Of a stretch of DNA of 64,000 nucleotides, positions 37,553 through 46,922 are shown in pieces. The DNA lies in contig CAZGRL010000006.1 of the NCBI GenBank assembly GCA_964528155.1, positions 26,648 to 90,647 of the forward strand. Direction: 5' to 3'. The position numbers and the translations under genes were made by a program. The notes under the pieces are model-generated. The model was not told the DNA's origin and did not search any database. It was given only the letters and a program-made list of their open reading frames with translations. Position 1 is the stretch's first letter; the number at the start of each line of letters is the position of its first letter. This stretch comes from an uncultured Anaerolineaceae bacterium. GTDB lineage: Bacteria; Chloroflexota; Anaerolineae; Anaerolineales; E44-bin32.

Positions 37553-38392
37553 GTGACGTATCTCTCCTCAAAACTGACAGCCCAGGATGGTATTGGCTTG
37601 CATTTCGCGCGCTGGGAGCCGGAGGGCACTCCGCGAGCGATCGTTTTCCTCATTCACGGCCTTGGGGAACACACTGGTCGCTACGCTCACGTCGCCGACG
37701 CCCTCAACGGTGCAGGCATCGCTTGCTGGGGGATCGACTTGCGCGGCCATGGCCAATCTGACGGACCGCGCGGGCATACGCCCAGCCTGGAGCGACTGCT
37801 GGACGATGTGTCCTTGATGATGCGTCAGAACAGCCGCATCAAGCCGGCTTTCCTCTACGGACACAGTCTCGGCGCTACGCTCGCGCTCCAATTCGGACGC
37901 CTCCGTCCCGAAGGGCTGTCCGGGCTGGTCGCTTCCGCCGCGTGGCTTCGGCTCAGATTCGAACCCCCGCGCTACAAGATCATCATGGCCAGGGTCATCC
38001 CCAGGTTCGCCCCCGGGCTGACCCTTTCGAACGGGCTAGACGTCCAGGCGCTATCCCGGGACAAGTCGGTTGTGGCCGCTTACGTCGACGACCCCCTGGT
38101 TCACGATCGAATCACGGCGCAATTGGGCGCCGTCATGCTGACCCTGGCAGACGATCTCCTCGCTCACCCGGGGGACTTCAGGCTCCCGTTGCTGATGATG
38201 CATGGCGAAGAGGATAACCTCACCGATCCGGCGGCGACCTGCACTTTCTTCGAAGGCGTGGGAAGTCTTGACAAGACTCTCAGGCTTTGGCCCGGGCTCT
38301 TCCATGAGATTCACAACGAACCAGAGCAGCACGAGGTCATCGCCCAGATCGTGTCCTGGCTCGAGGCGCACGTCGAGTCAGCGCCAGACTGA
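37553..38392 (+). CDS. Alpha/beta hydrolase (lysophospholipase / monoacylglycerol lipase-like)
   Basis: HGLGEHTGRY, nucleophile elbow GHSLGA and a C-terminal FHEIHNE. GTG 37553 follows GAAAGGAAAGG. Confidence 0.8.
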   Translation: MTYLSSKLTAQDGIGLHFARWEPEGTPRAIVFLIHGLGEHTGRYAHVADALNGAGIACWGIDLRGHGQSDGPRGHTPSLERLLDDVSLMMRQNSRIKPAFLYGHSLGATLALQFGRLRPEGLSGLVASAAWLRLRFEPPRYKIIMARVIPRFAPGLTLSNGLDVQALSRDKSVVAAYVDDPLVHDRITAQLGAVMLTLADDLLAHPGDFRLPLLMMHGEEDNLTDPAATCTFFEGVGSLDKTLRLWPGLFHEIHNEPEQHEVIAQIVSWLEAHVESAPD

Positions 38393-38478
38393 TAGTCGGC
38401 ATCAACATACACTGGATGAAGGTCTGCGCCACGGTCGGGGCGTCTGCATCCGGAGTTGCACTCCCTTGGGGAAGATTA

Positions 38479-38529
38479 GTGGATTTGGGTTTGTTGGGGG
38501 GGGGGGGGGGGCAAAAAAGCCAAAACCAC
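38479..38529. repeat. Degenerate copy of the palindrome family, with a G16 homopolymer at the apex (hairpin E)
   Basis: GTGGATTTGGGTTTGTTG + G16 (38496..38511) + CAAAAAAGCCAAAACCAC. The arms pair at 15 of 18 positions. The left arm closely matches the left arm of hairpin B. Confidence 0.6.
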
Positions 38530-38643
38530 CAACTCTACACAGCGGGGTGGAAACAAAAACCCGGGACACCCCACAAAAAGCGAGGATAGACAAAGGCGGT
38601 CTTTTATGGCACGATACTTGGACTCTTGTAGCATGGAGGCTGC

Positions 38644-39357
38644 ATGGCGAAGAGGTCCGCTTACCGAGAGAAGCATCGACAGCAACAACAGCGCCGCCGC
38701 CTGACGATCATCATCGTCGTCAGTATAGCCGCACTGGCGGTGGTCGCATTGCTGATCCTGCCGAACTACCTCCCCGTCGGAGAAGTCGCCTCTGTGACCC
38801 CACGCGCTCGCCCGGATGCACAGGGCATGACCATGGGGAACCCGGACGCGCCAGTGCGTATCGACGTGTTCGAAGACTTCCAGTGTCCCTCGTGTCGAGC
38901 ATTCACGGAGAACTACGAACCCTTGCTGATTGCCAACGACATTGCCAGCGGCCGGGTGTACTACGTGTTCCGCAATTGGGCTTTTATTGGGCCCGAATCC
39001 CTCCAGGCCGCCAACGCCGTAATGTGCGCCAACGCTCAAGGACGCTTCTGGGACTACCATGACATGCTGTTTGCCAATCAGACCGGTGAGAATGTCGGCG
39101 CTTTCTCCGACAGACGCTTGGTGGCATTCGCCGAGCAACTTGGATTGAACATGGCCGATTTCAATGCGTGCTTCGATAAGAACGAGTATCAGGCCGAGAT
39201 CCAGAATGACTATTCCGAGGGGAAACAGATGGGAGTCAGCGGCACGCCAGCTGTCTTTGTCAATAGCGTGCAAATCGCGCCGGGCTTTATCCCCAGCTAC
39301 GATCAGATCGTACAGGCAATCGACGACGCCATCGGCGGGACTCCGATCGCGCCCTGA
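38644..39357 (+). CDS. Membrane-anchored DsbA-family thiol:disulfide oxidoreductase
   Basis: TM segment (LTIIIVVSIAALAVVALLIL), CPSC active site in VFEDFQCPSCRAF, and GVSGTPAVFVN. Confidence 0.85.
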   Translation: MAKRSAYREKHRQQQQRRRLTIIIVVSIAALAVVALLILPNYLPVGEVASVTPRARPDAQGMTMGNPDAPVRIDVFEDFQCPSCRAFTENYEPLLIANDIASGRVYYVFRNWAFIGPESLQAANAVMCANAQGRFWDYHDMLFANQTGENVGAFSDRRLVAFAEQLGLNMADFNACFDKNEYQAEIQNDYSEGKQMGVSGTPAVFVNSVQIAPGFIPSYDQIVQAIDDAIGGTPIAP

Positions 39358-39396
39358 TCGTCCATCGAGATCGCATCACTCTGGTCCAGGACAAAA

Positions 39397-39427
39397 AGTG
39401 CGGCGGGTCAACCTCACCCGCCGCACT
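39397..39427. terminator. Hairpin between convergent dsbA-like and DUF554 genes
   Basis: AGTGCGGCGGGT caacctc ACCCGCCGCACT, preceded by AAAAA. This gives a U-tract for the minus-strand transcript. Confidence 0.65.
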
Positions 39428-39518
39428 TACATCTTCACCCTCGCTTTGGGTCACCCGGACCGAGCTATGTGACCGGGGCTCCAGTGGAAGCGGAAGCCCC
39501 TCGTCTCACAGATGATCG

Positions 39519-40229
39519 TCAGATCCGACCAATCCACTGCATAAACCAGACGATGGCCGGGGATACGGCCAGGGCTGGCAGCAGATTGCCGGTCCTGATC
39601 GGCTTGAGCTCGAGCAGGCTTCCGATCGACAACCCCATGAGCAGGATCCCGCCGACGGCGGTCAGCTCGGCCGTCATCGGATCGGTCAGGATGCTGCGCG
39701 CCTGCGCCGCCAGCAGAGTAAGCCCGCCCTGGTACACGATGACAGTCAGGATCGAGAACATCACGCCGATCCCCAAGGTCGAGGCGAACGCCAGCGCGGC
39801 AAAACCGTCCATCACGGATTTGATCGCCAGAAGTTGGTAATCGCCGAGCAATCCATCCTGAATCGAACCGATGATGGTCATGGGCCCGACACAGAAAAGC
39901 AGACTTGCGGCCAGGAAACCGCGCACAAAGCGATTGCCTTCGCTCTCCTGATCGCCGGCCGCGAACTTCGTCTCCAGCCATGATCCCAACGCCCGCAGAC
40001 GGTCCTCGATACGCCACCATTCCCCGAGCAGTCCCCCGATCAGCAACCCGCCGAGTGCGATCAGTGGGTTTTTCGTCTGGAGGAACATCTGGATGCCGAT
40101 GGCGAAAGTGAACAGCCCCAGTCCGGCCATGACGGTCTGGCGGACTCTCTCTGGAAGGCGCGAGCCGATAGCCATCCCAAGCTGGGCGCCCACAACAATC
40201 GTGACAACGTTCAGAATGGTGCCGGTCAA
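39519..40229 (-). CDS. DUF554 family membrane protein
   Basis: MTGTILNVVTIVVGAQLGMAIGSRLPERV and a polytopic profile. The start overlaps the upstream stop (ATGA). Confidence 0.7.
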   Translation of the reverse strand: MTGTILNVVTIVVGAQLGMAIGSRLPERVRQTVMAGLGLFTFAIGIQMFLQTKNPLIALGGLLIGGLLGEWWRIEDRLRALGSWLETKFAAGDQESEGNRFVRGFLAASLLFCVGPMTIIGSIQDGLLGDYQLLAIKSVMDGFAALAFASTLGIGVMFSILTVIVYQGGLTLLAAQARSILTDPMTAELTAVGGILLMGLSIGSLLELKPIRTGNLLPALAVSPAIVWFMQWIGRI

Positions 40230-40783
40230 TCCGGCCTGCCTTTGGCCAGGCTCGGCGAGTCAACGCCGGCAGCCTGCGTCTCGAACAGAGCCAGAATAAA
40301 ACACAGGGACGACAGGCGATTGAGGTAGGCCAAGACCATCCCGTTGGAGAGACCGCCCTCATGCATCAGGCGAGATACCAGACGCTCGGCGCGCCGGACG
40401 ACTGTTCGCGCCAGGTCAAAAGCTGCGCCGGCGAGTGAGTCCCCTCCCAGCACGAAGTCCTTCGGCATGTTGACATTGGGCCCGATCCGGTCGATGTTCG
40501 CCTCGATCCACTCGAGACGAACCCGATCCACCGATTCGAAGCGCGCCGCGTTATCATCCGTCGAGGCCAGCTCCGACATCACGCGATACAGGTCGCGTTG
40601 GATCTCCATTGTCAGACGGCGGCCTTCGTCGGTCTTCGCCAGGGCGCGCGCCAGACCCAGCGCGGCCGAAGCCTCGTCCACAGTTCCATAGGCCTCCGGC
40701 CTCAGGTCATGCTTCGGCACCCGGCCCTCACCCAGCAGGCCGGTATATCCGTCGTCGCCTTGCCCGGAATAGAAGGATGACAT
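40226..40783 (-). CDS. PduO-type ATP:cob(I)alamin adenosyltransferase
   Basis: YSGQGDDGYTGLLGEGRVPKHDLRPEAYGTVDEASAALG. Start taken at ATG 40783 (MSSFYSGQGDDG). Confidence 0.85.
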   Translation of the reverse strand: MSSFYSGQGDDGYTGLLGEGRVPKHDLRPEAYGTVDEASAALGLARALAKTDEGRRLTMEIQRDLYRVMSELASTDDNAARFESVDRVRLEWIEANIDRIGPNVNMPKDFVLGGDSLAGAAFDLARTVVRRAERLVSRLMHEGGLSNGMVLAYLNRLSSLCFILALFETQAAGVDSPSLAKGRPD

Positions 40784-40899
40784 GTTGGCGATTATAACTG
40801 CTTTGAATCGCGACCTCGTCTCCTCTATAATGTTCCTGAGGTCTCCTCGCTCCCGGGTGCTCACCAGACAGCATCCGATTCGACCAGGGGGTTGCACCC

Positions 40900-41460
40900 A
40901 TGTTCCGACGTGGCAGCATCTATCTCGCAGGGCTTCTGACCGGCCTGCTCGCGTCCGGCCTGCTGTACCTCATGGTATCCAAGCCCCGGGGCGAGCCCGT
41001 TCGTCTGCTGCCGCCGCCCACTCTCCGCCCGGTCAGTGTTCACGTCGTTGGTGCGGTTCAGGTGCCTGGCGTCTACCAGCTGCCACGAGGGTCGATCGTG
41101 CAGGACGCCCTCGCCGCTGCCGGGGGCCCGGCGGCCGAGGCGGATCTGGCCGCGATCAATCTGGCTGCCGGTCTATCCGACAGCCAGCAGGTGTACGTGC
41201 CATCCGTCGGAGAAACGCCTCCGCCCGTTCAGCGTCAGGGGTCGTCTAGCCTAGCCGCTGGAGACACTCTCCTCAATCTGAACACCGCCACCGCTCCGGA
41301 GCTGGAGCGACTGCCAGGCATTGGACCGAGTCTGGCTCAGGCGATTATCGAATACCGCGAAGGCAACGGGCCATTCCAGCGACCGCAAGATCTGCTCGAG
41401 GTTCCGGGCATCGGGCCAGCCAAACTGGCCCAGATCGAGGATCTGATCACCGCCCCGTGA
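40900..41460 (+). CDS. comEA: ComEA-family helix-hairpin-helix DNA-binding protein
   Basis: N-terminal TM segment, an SLBB-like region (GAVQVPGVYQLPRGSIVQDAL), and LNLNTATAPELERLPGIGPSLAQAIIEYRE...VPGIGPAKL. Confidence 0.85.
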   Translation: MFRRGSIYLAGLLTGLLASGLLYLMVSKPRGEPVRLLPPPTLRPVSVHVVGAVQVPGVYQLPRGSIVQDALAAAGGPAAEADLAAINLAAGLSDSQQVYVPSVGETPPPVQRQGSSSLAAGDTLLNLNTATAPELERLPGIGPSLAQAIIEYREGNGPFQRPQDLLEVPGIGPAKLAQIEDLITAP

Positions 41461-41875
41461 TCCCTCGCCCTGCAGGATCGACACACGCGCTCCAGCCCTC
41501 CCCCATCCGGAGATCGCCGACAGCACAGCAGTCCCCAGGGTTCTCCTTGTCTCACGCTCACCACTGTTGTATCCTGCCTGGAGGGTGTCTTCACCTCACC
41601 CACGCGGAGCGAAGTTTCATTGGCACGTCACGATAGCTTCCGAGCAGTCAATGTTCAGCGACTTCAGGTCATGTGCTGCTCCGGGTCACGCGTGGGCTGA
41701 ACGTTCACCGGCCTCACTGGTGTACGTCCGGGCTCGACTGGCGACGTATTTCCGGCTGAGGCCTGCCGCCGAAAGTCCAGGCGCCGCGCTCAGTTGTCAT
41801 GCACCATCTCTGACCGCGCCGGGCAGTGAAGATGGATGCGGCGAACAAGCAAAGAGATGAAAGGAGGCATTGACT

Positions 41876-42952
41876 ATGCCGGGATTTGTCGCCGGGTGGG
41901 AAGACCTGCTGATCTCACTGGGCATCTTGCTCGGAGCTGGCGTCGCAGGCCTGATCGTTCATCGAGTTGCCTTTGGGATCGCCTCCTCGCTTGGCAGCAA
42001 AACGAGGACGGATGTCGACAATGCCTCGATCCGCCACGCCCGGAGACCCGGCCGGCTGATCATCCCGACGCTCGCCTGTCTCTTTGTGCTTCCCGTACTG
42101 CAATTCTCCGCGACGACGATTGCGACCTTGCGGCAAATCATCGGCCTGGTCTTGATCGCCGCAGTTGGATGGACCGCGGCTGAGTTGACATTTGTCGTCG
42201 AGGATGTGCTTGAAGCTCGATATGAGATTAAGGCTGAGGACAACCTGCAGGCTCGCCAGATCCTGACGCAGGTTCAGGTCTTGCGCCGGATCGCAGTCAT
42301 CGTGATCGCGGTCGTGACGCTTTCGGTCATGCTCATGACGTTTCCAGATGTGAGGAGTATCGGCGCCAGCATTCTGGCGTCGGCCGGGCTGGCCGGGCTT
42401 GTTGTGGGCATGGCTGCCCGGCCCGCGCTATCGAACGTCATCGCCGGGATCCAGATCGCCCTGTCTCAACCGATGAGGATTGATGATGTCGTGGTGGTTG
42501 AGGGTGAATGGGGCAAGATCGAAGAGATCACCGCGACTTATGTCATTGTTCAGATCTGGGATCTTCGAAGGCTGGTCCTCCCTCTGACCTACTTCATCGA
42601 GAAGCCTTTCGAGAATTGGACTCGCCAGAAGGCCGAAATCATGGGAACTGTGCTCCTCTACGCCGACTACAGCGTGCCGGTCGAAGATATCCGACGCCAA
42701 TTGCACGATGAGCTCAAAGCCTCCGATCTGTGGGACGGTCGAGTCTGGAGCCTACAGGTGACGAACGCCACGGAGAGAACGGTTGAGCTTCGCGCCCTGA
42801 TGAGCGCGGCAGACTCGGGAAAGCTGTGGGACTTACGATGTCTGATCCGCGAGAGACTCGTCGGTTACCTCCAGGAAAAATATCCCGCCAGCCTTCCCAC
42901 CTTCCGGGCCGAGGTCGTCCAGCTCACGCGGAGTGGCAGTTCTGTGGGATGA
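41876..42952 (+). CDS. MscS-family mechanosensitive channel
   Basis: Several TM segments, then LSNVIAGIQIALSQPMRIDDVVVVEGEWGKIEEITATYVIVQ. ATG 41876 lies 8 nt after AAGGAGG. Confidence 0.85.
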   Translation: MPGFVAGWEDLLISLGILLGAGVAGLIVHRVAFGIASSLGSKTRTDVDNASIRHARRPGRLIIPTLACLFVLPVLQFSATTIATLRQIIGLVLIAAVGWTAAELTFVVEDVLEARYEIKAEDNLQARQILTQVQVLRRIAVIVIAVVTLSVMLMTFPDVRSIGASILASAGLAGLVVGMAARPALSNVIAGIQIALSQPMRIDDVVVVEGEWGKIEEITATYVIVQIWDLRRLVLPLTYFIEKPFENWTRQKAEIMGTVLLYADYSVPVEDIRRQLHDELKASDLWDGRVWSLQVTNATERTVELRALMSAADSGKLWDLRCLIRERLVGYLQEKYPASLPTFRAEVVQLTRSGSSVG

Positions 42953-43131
42953 CGCAGGTTGACCCGGCGGATAGGTCGCCATTCAGCACTTCGTCCAGCG
43001 GCGCCAGAGAAACAGGGATTTTCTGGGTGGCCTCAGGGGGTCGACAACATTGTCCCGGCTGCATCAATCGCTTTGGGGTCCGCCAGCCGGCCGATTCGCC
43101 CCTGCAAGCCCCAAGGGTATAATCCGCGACA

Positions 43132-43959
43132 ATGCCCGAACTGCCCGAAGTCGAAACGATTGCACAGGCGCTAAAGGAAGGCTACGGCGGCCGGCCTCCC
43201 CTGCCGGGAAAGCGCATCGAGGGTCTGAGCTTGCGCTGGCCGCGGCATATCGCCGAGCCTTCGGTTCCCGTCTTCCGCCGCCGCATGCGCGGCCAGACTA
43301 TCCACGACGTCAGTCGCCGGGGAAAGTACTTCGTCATGCCTCTCGACGAAGGCACACTCCTGGTCCATCTCAAGATGAGTGGCGACTTGAAGGTCACGGA
43401 GCGTCGGACGGCCCGCGGCAGGTTTGAGCACACGATTCTGCACCTTGACGGCGATTGGGATCTTCGATTCAGCGATGCCCGCAAATTCGGCAAGATGTAT
43501 CTGCTCGCTGACCCGGATCGGCTTTTAGGTCCTCTGGGACCGGAGCCCCTATCTCGAGGCTTCACGCCTGCTGTGCTTGCTGCGCACCTGGCTCAACACG
43601 ACCGGCGACTCAAGCCGCTTCTGCTCGATCAGACATTCGTCGCCGGTCTGGGGAACATCTACGCCGATGAGGCACTTCACCGGGCCCGCCTTCATCCGCT
43701 GCGCCGCAGCCGTAGCCTGACCTCGGATGAGGTCGGCGCGCTTTGGCGCGGTATTCGAGCCGCATTGCGGCAGGGCATCCGCCACAACGGAGCAAGCATC
43801 GATTGGGTGTATCGCGGTGGGGATTTCCAGAATCACTTCCGTGTGTATCAGCGAGCTGGAGAAGCGTGTCCTGTGTGCGGAACCACGATCGTCCGCACGG
43901 AGATCGGCCAACGGAGCAGTCACTTCTGTCCCCGTTGCCAACCGGAGCCAGAGCCATGA
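43132..43959 (+). CDS. mutM: Formamidopyrimidine-DNA glycosylase
   Basis: MPELPEVETI N-terminus, H2TH region and C-terminal zinc finger CPVCGTTIVRTEIGQRSSHFCPRCQ. Confidence 0.92.
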   Translation: MPELPEVETIAQALKEGYGGRPPLPGKRIEGLSLRWPRHIAEPSVPVFRRRMRGQTIHDVSRRGKYFVMPLDEGTLLVHLKMSGDLKVTERRTARGRFEHTILHLDGDWDLRFSDARKFGKMYLLADPDRLLGPLGPEPLSRGFTPAVLAAHLAQHDRRLKPLLLDQTFVAGLGNIYADEALHRARLHPLRRSRSLTSDEVGALWRGIRAALRQGIRHNGASIDWVYRGGDFQNHFRVYQRAGEACPVCGTTIVRTEIGQRSSHFCPRCQPEPEP

Positions 43960-44750
43960 TCGACGATCAACTTCTCGTCGGGATCGTTCTCATCGCCGCG
44001 GGTGTTGCCATTGGCCTCCTGGCATACGCCCTCGTATTGAACCGGCGGGAGGGCGTGCAGAATGGGGAGGCCGACGCGGAGCCGCCTTCAGAGATGGAGA
44101 TAGAGGGCGCCACTGAAGCACAGGCCGAGGAACCAGACGAGGACCAGGCCGAGCAAACCCAGGTTGAAGGGCAGGTAGACGAGGCGCCTGAGGCGATTGA
44201 GCTTGAGGAAGAGGCCGAGCTCTCCCGACAGTCCGGAACGGATGAGACGGAACGTCCGGTCGATGAGCAGCTCTCGGTTTCGCCCGCCGAACTTGTGAGC
44301 GAGCCGGCCGATGAAGCCCCGCCTGTTCCAGCCGGACGCCGAGCTATTGCCACCCTCATGCGTGACACCAGAACCGGAAAGCTCGCGTTGATCGTCGGCG
44401 ATCGCGAATACGCCAACCCCTCGGAGCTCAAGGGCACCAACGACTGGTTTGGCGTCGAAGAGGCTTCAAGAGACCTGGTCGACTGGCTGAGTGACGCCCA
44501 GCCACCTGGAGCACGAGCAAGGAGAACCCCTCCGAGGGCAAAGAGTCTGGTCGATGAAGTCAACGAGATCCTCGAGCAGAAACTTGCCGAATCGGGGTTG
44601 ATCAATCGTGGCGTACGTCTCAATGAAGACCGCGACGGCTCGGTTCGGGTCTATATCGGGCTACAGGCTTACACGCTGGATGAGGTGCCAGACCCCGAGG
44701 TTCGAGAGGTCATTCGGCAGGCAGTGGCCGAGTGGGAGGGGCGCAAATAG
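43956..44750 (+). CDS. Hypothetical membrane-anchored protein with an acidic linker
   Basis: ATG overlaps the mutM stop (ATGA). Contains a TM segment (LLVGIVLIAAGVAIGLLAYALV), an E/D/A-rich tract, and a globular C-terminus of unknown family. Confidence 0.5.
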   Translation: MIDDQLLVGIVLIAAGVAIGLLAYALVLNRREGVQNGEADAEPPSEMEIEGATEAQAEEPDEDQAEQTQVEGQVDEAPEAIELEEEAELSRQSGTDETERPVDEQLSVSPAELVSEPADEAPPVPAGRRAIATLMRDTRTGKLALIVGDREYANPSELKGTNDWFGVEEASRDLVDWLSDAQPPGARARRTPPRAKSLVDEVNEILEQKLAESGLINRGVRLNEDRDGSVRVYIGLQAYTLDEVPDPEVREVIRQAVAEWEGRK

Positions 44751-44751
44751 G

Positions 44752-45600
44752 CTAGGCTTCGATCTCTAGCGGCTGAAGTTCCCGGCGAGCTCCACGTTCG
44801 ACAAGCCGCGCAGCAGGCGTGTAGGGGTCATGTTCGAAGAATAGCCAGGCTTTCTCCTGCAGTGCCCATTCTTGCCAGCGCTCCTTGGTGGCGATGTTCT
44901 CCAAAGGCAAGACATCGTAGGATGTCAGCCAGGCTGTCCGGAGGAAGTGAACGGCATACGAAGCCATGTCGGCCACATACAGTGCGCGCCACTCCCCCGA
45001 GCGTAGCATGATCGATTGGTGGCCGCGTGTGTGCCCGGCAGTGACGACACACAGCACTTCATCCGTAACCTCGTAGTCCCCGTGTAGAAGCTGCAATTTC
45101 CCCTGACGCATGACGGAGTCGAAGTTGTCCAAATGATACGTGCCGCGCGTCCTGGCATCGACGTGGCTGGCTTCAGCCCATTCCATCCGTTGAACGAGGT
45201 AAGTCGCCTTCGGGAAAGTCGGCATCGCAGCCTTGCCTCTCCAGCACGTATTTCCTCCGCAGTGATCAGCATGCAGATGCGTATTGATCACGATGTCCAC
45301 GTCTTCCGGAGATACACCGAGTCTCTCGAGTTCGGAGATCAGGCCGCCTTCGGGGCGAGTACGGTGCCAGGTGGCATTCTCATCCTCAGACAGCTTGTCG
45401 CCCAAACCGGTGTCGATGAGGATGGTTTTCCCTCTCGAATGGACCAGCAGGCAGTTCAGAACCATCGGCACCAGGTTCTCTTCCGAGGGGTCGAAGTAAC
45501 GCTGATACAGCCCGCGCGGGACGAGGCCAAACGGCCCACCGGCGTCGACCTCGACTCGCCCATCACTGACGATGTGGAATTCCAGGTCACCAACCTTCAT
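44752..45600 (-). CDS. MBL-fold metallo-hydrolase
   Basis: VINTHLHADHCGGN and a downstream TAGHTRGH. Confidence 0.85.
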   Translation of the reverse strand: MKVGDLEFHIVSDGRVEVDAGGPFGLVPRGLYQRYFDPSEENLVPMVLNCLLVHSRGKTILIDTGLGDKLSEDENATWHRTRPEGGLISELERLGVSPEDVDIVINTHLHADHCGGNTCWRGKAAMPTFPKATYLVQRMEWAEASHVDARTRGTYHLDNFDSVMRQGKLQLLHGDYEVTDEVLCVVTAGHTRGHQSIMLRSGEWRALYVADMASYAVHFLRTAWLTSYDVLPLENIATKERWQEWALQEKAWLFFEHDPYTPAARLVERGARRELQPLEIEA

Positions 45601-45672
45601 CTGCGCCTCTCGTCGTCCCGAGCTATCTTCACCGTCCCCTGAATTGCACCACCTCCTCGCCCAACACCAGGT

Positions 45673-46713
45673 TCACCCGAAGAAGGCCGACTTCAACCGG
45701 GACTCAAGCGCCCTGCGCGCGGCGGCGGGCTGGAATATCGCCTGCGCAGAGCCGAGAATCGTGGCCCTTACCGTTTCCTGGGAAAGTCCGAGAACTCCGA
45801 CAACCAGGGCATACTCGTCCGCCAGCGTGATTTGCGACACTCCCGGATCGTCCGTATTGATCGTGACCTGGAGACCTGCTTCGATCATCCTCACAAGAGG
45901 ATGTTCAGCTGCAGAGGGGACCGCCCCAGATTGGATATTGCTCGTCGGGCAGACTTCGAAGACGGTGCGCCTCTCGACTGCGAGTCGGATCACGTCAGGA
46001 TCCTCCGTCGCATGCACGCCATGACCGACCCGAACATCGGGAGAGATGTCGAGTGCCCTGCCCACGCTGTCCGCCCCGGCCCACTCGCCGGCATGGACTG
46101 TCAAGCCCAGTCCCGCCTGGCGCGCCTCACGGAGCAAGGGGTGGAACGGATCACTCGGGAAGCGGAGTTCGTCTCCCGCCAGGCTCAACCCAACGATACC
46201 CCTATGCATCCAGTCGACGGCCTCCCCGGCAACCGCCGTCCCAGCCGCGACCGGCTCGTGGCGATTGATGCTGGCGATCAGCCCGATCTGGATTTCCCCT
46301 TGGGCAGCGGCGCCCTGGGCTGCCTCAGTCACCCATTCGAATACATCTTTCAGATCGAACCCCCGGTCTTGAGCCAACGCTGCGGGAGTGAAATGAAGCT
46401 CGAGATAGATGATGTGCTCGGCCGCGGCGTCGATCACGGCCTCTGTGACCACCCTGTGGATGATCTCCGGTGAGCGGAAGATGCGTCGCAGCGACTCGAA
46501 TTTCGATAGAAAGGCTTGTGGCGTCTTGGGATCGTTCGGATGTACTTGGACAAGCGGTTTAAGCTGATCCACCGAGGAAGGAAGGTCGAGGCCCTCACTT
46601 AGTACCACATCATGGATCGTCGACAGCCTCAGCGATCCTTCGAGATGCCGGTGCAACTCGATCTTGGGGATCGACATCAGGCTTGCGGAGTGATCGGGTG
46701 TCCTCCCGGTCAA
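45673..46713 (-). CDS. add: Adenosine deaminase
   Basis: PKIELHRHLEGSLR, HAGE (LTVHAGEW) and NTDDPGV. The start may be the internal MSIPK. Confidence 0.88.
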   Translation of the reverse strand: MTGRTPDHSASLMSIPKIELHRHLEGSLRLSTIHDVVLSEGLDLPSSVDQLKPLVQVHPNDPKTPQAFLSKFESLRRIFRSPEIIHRVVTEAVIDAAAEHIIYLELHFTPAALAQDRGFDLKDVFEWVTEAAQGAAAQGEIQIGLIASINRHEPVAAGTAVAGEAVDWMHRGIVGLSLAGDELRFPSDPFHPLLREARQAGLGLTVHAGEWAGADSVGRALDISPDVRVGHGVHATEDPDVIRLAVERRTVFEVCPTSNIQSGAVPSAAEHPLVRMIEAGLQVTINTDDPGVSQITLADEYALVVGVLGLSQETVRATILGSAQAIFQPAAARRALESRLKSAFFG

Positions 46714-46922
46714 AGCCTGTCTGATCCTTGTGAGGCACCGGGCGGTCAGTCAGGGCGAACTGCCGATCACCCTGTCGTCTCACTCGCGGCATCTTTACTG
46801 CCGAGCGAGCCCTGCAGTCGGTCCGCCTCGAGGGGCGCGCCCGGCATGTCCGCCCGCCAATTGGAAGAACGAAACCGACCGGGCATCCGGCAGTATGCAT
46901 CTCATGTTCACCGAGGCCGAGT

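Noticed and set aside
37955-37970. GGGGGTTCGAATCTGAG on the minus strand, which looks like a tRNA T-arm.
   Set aside because: The flanking bases do not form a T-stem or an acceptor stem, and the sequence lies inside the alpha/beta hydrolase coding region.
41771-41778. GAAAGTCC, resembling the RNase P RNA CR-I motif (GGAAAGUCCGGGC), inside the 400-nt gap.
   Set aside because: It lies only about 100 nt before the next gene, whereas in RNase P RNA it sits near the 5' end. I could not find the other conserved RNase P blocks on either strand.
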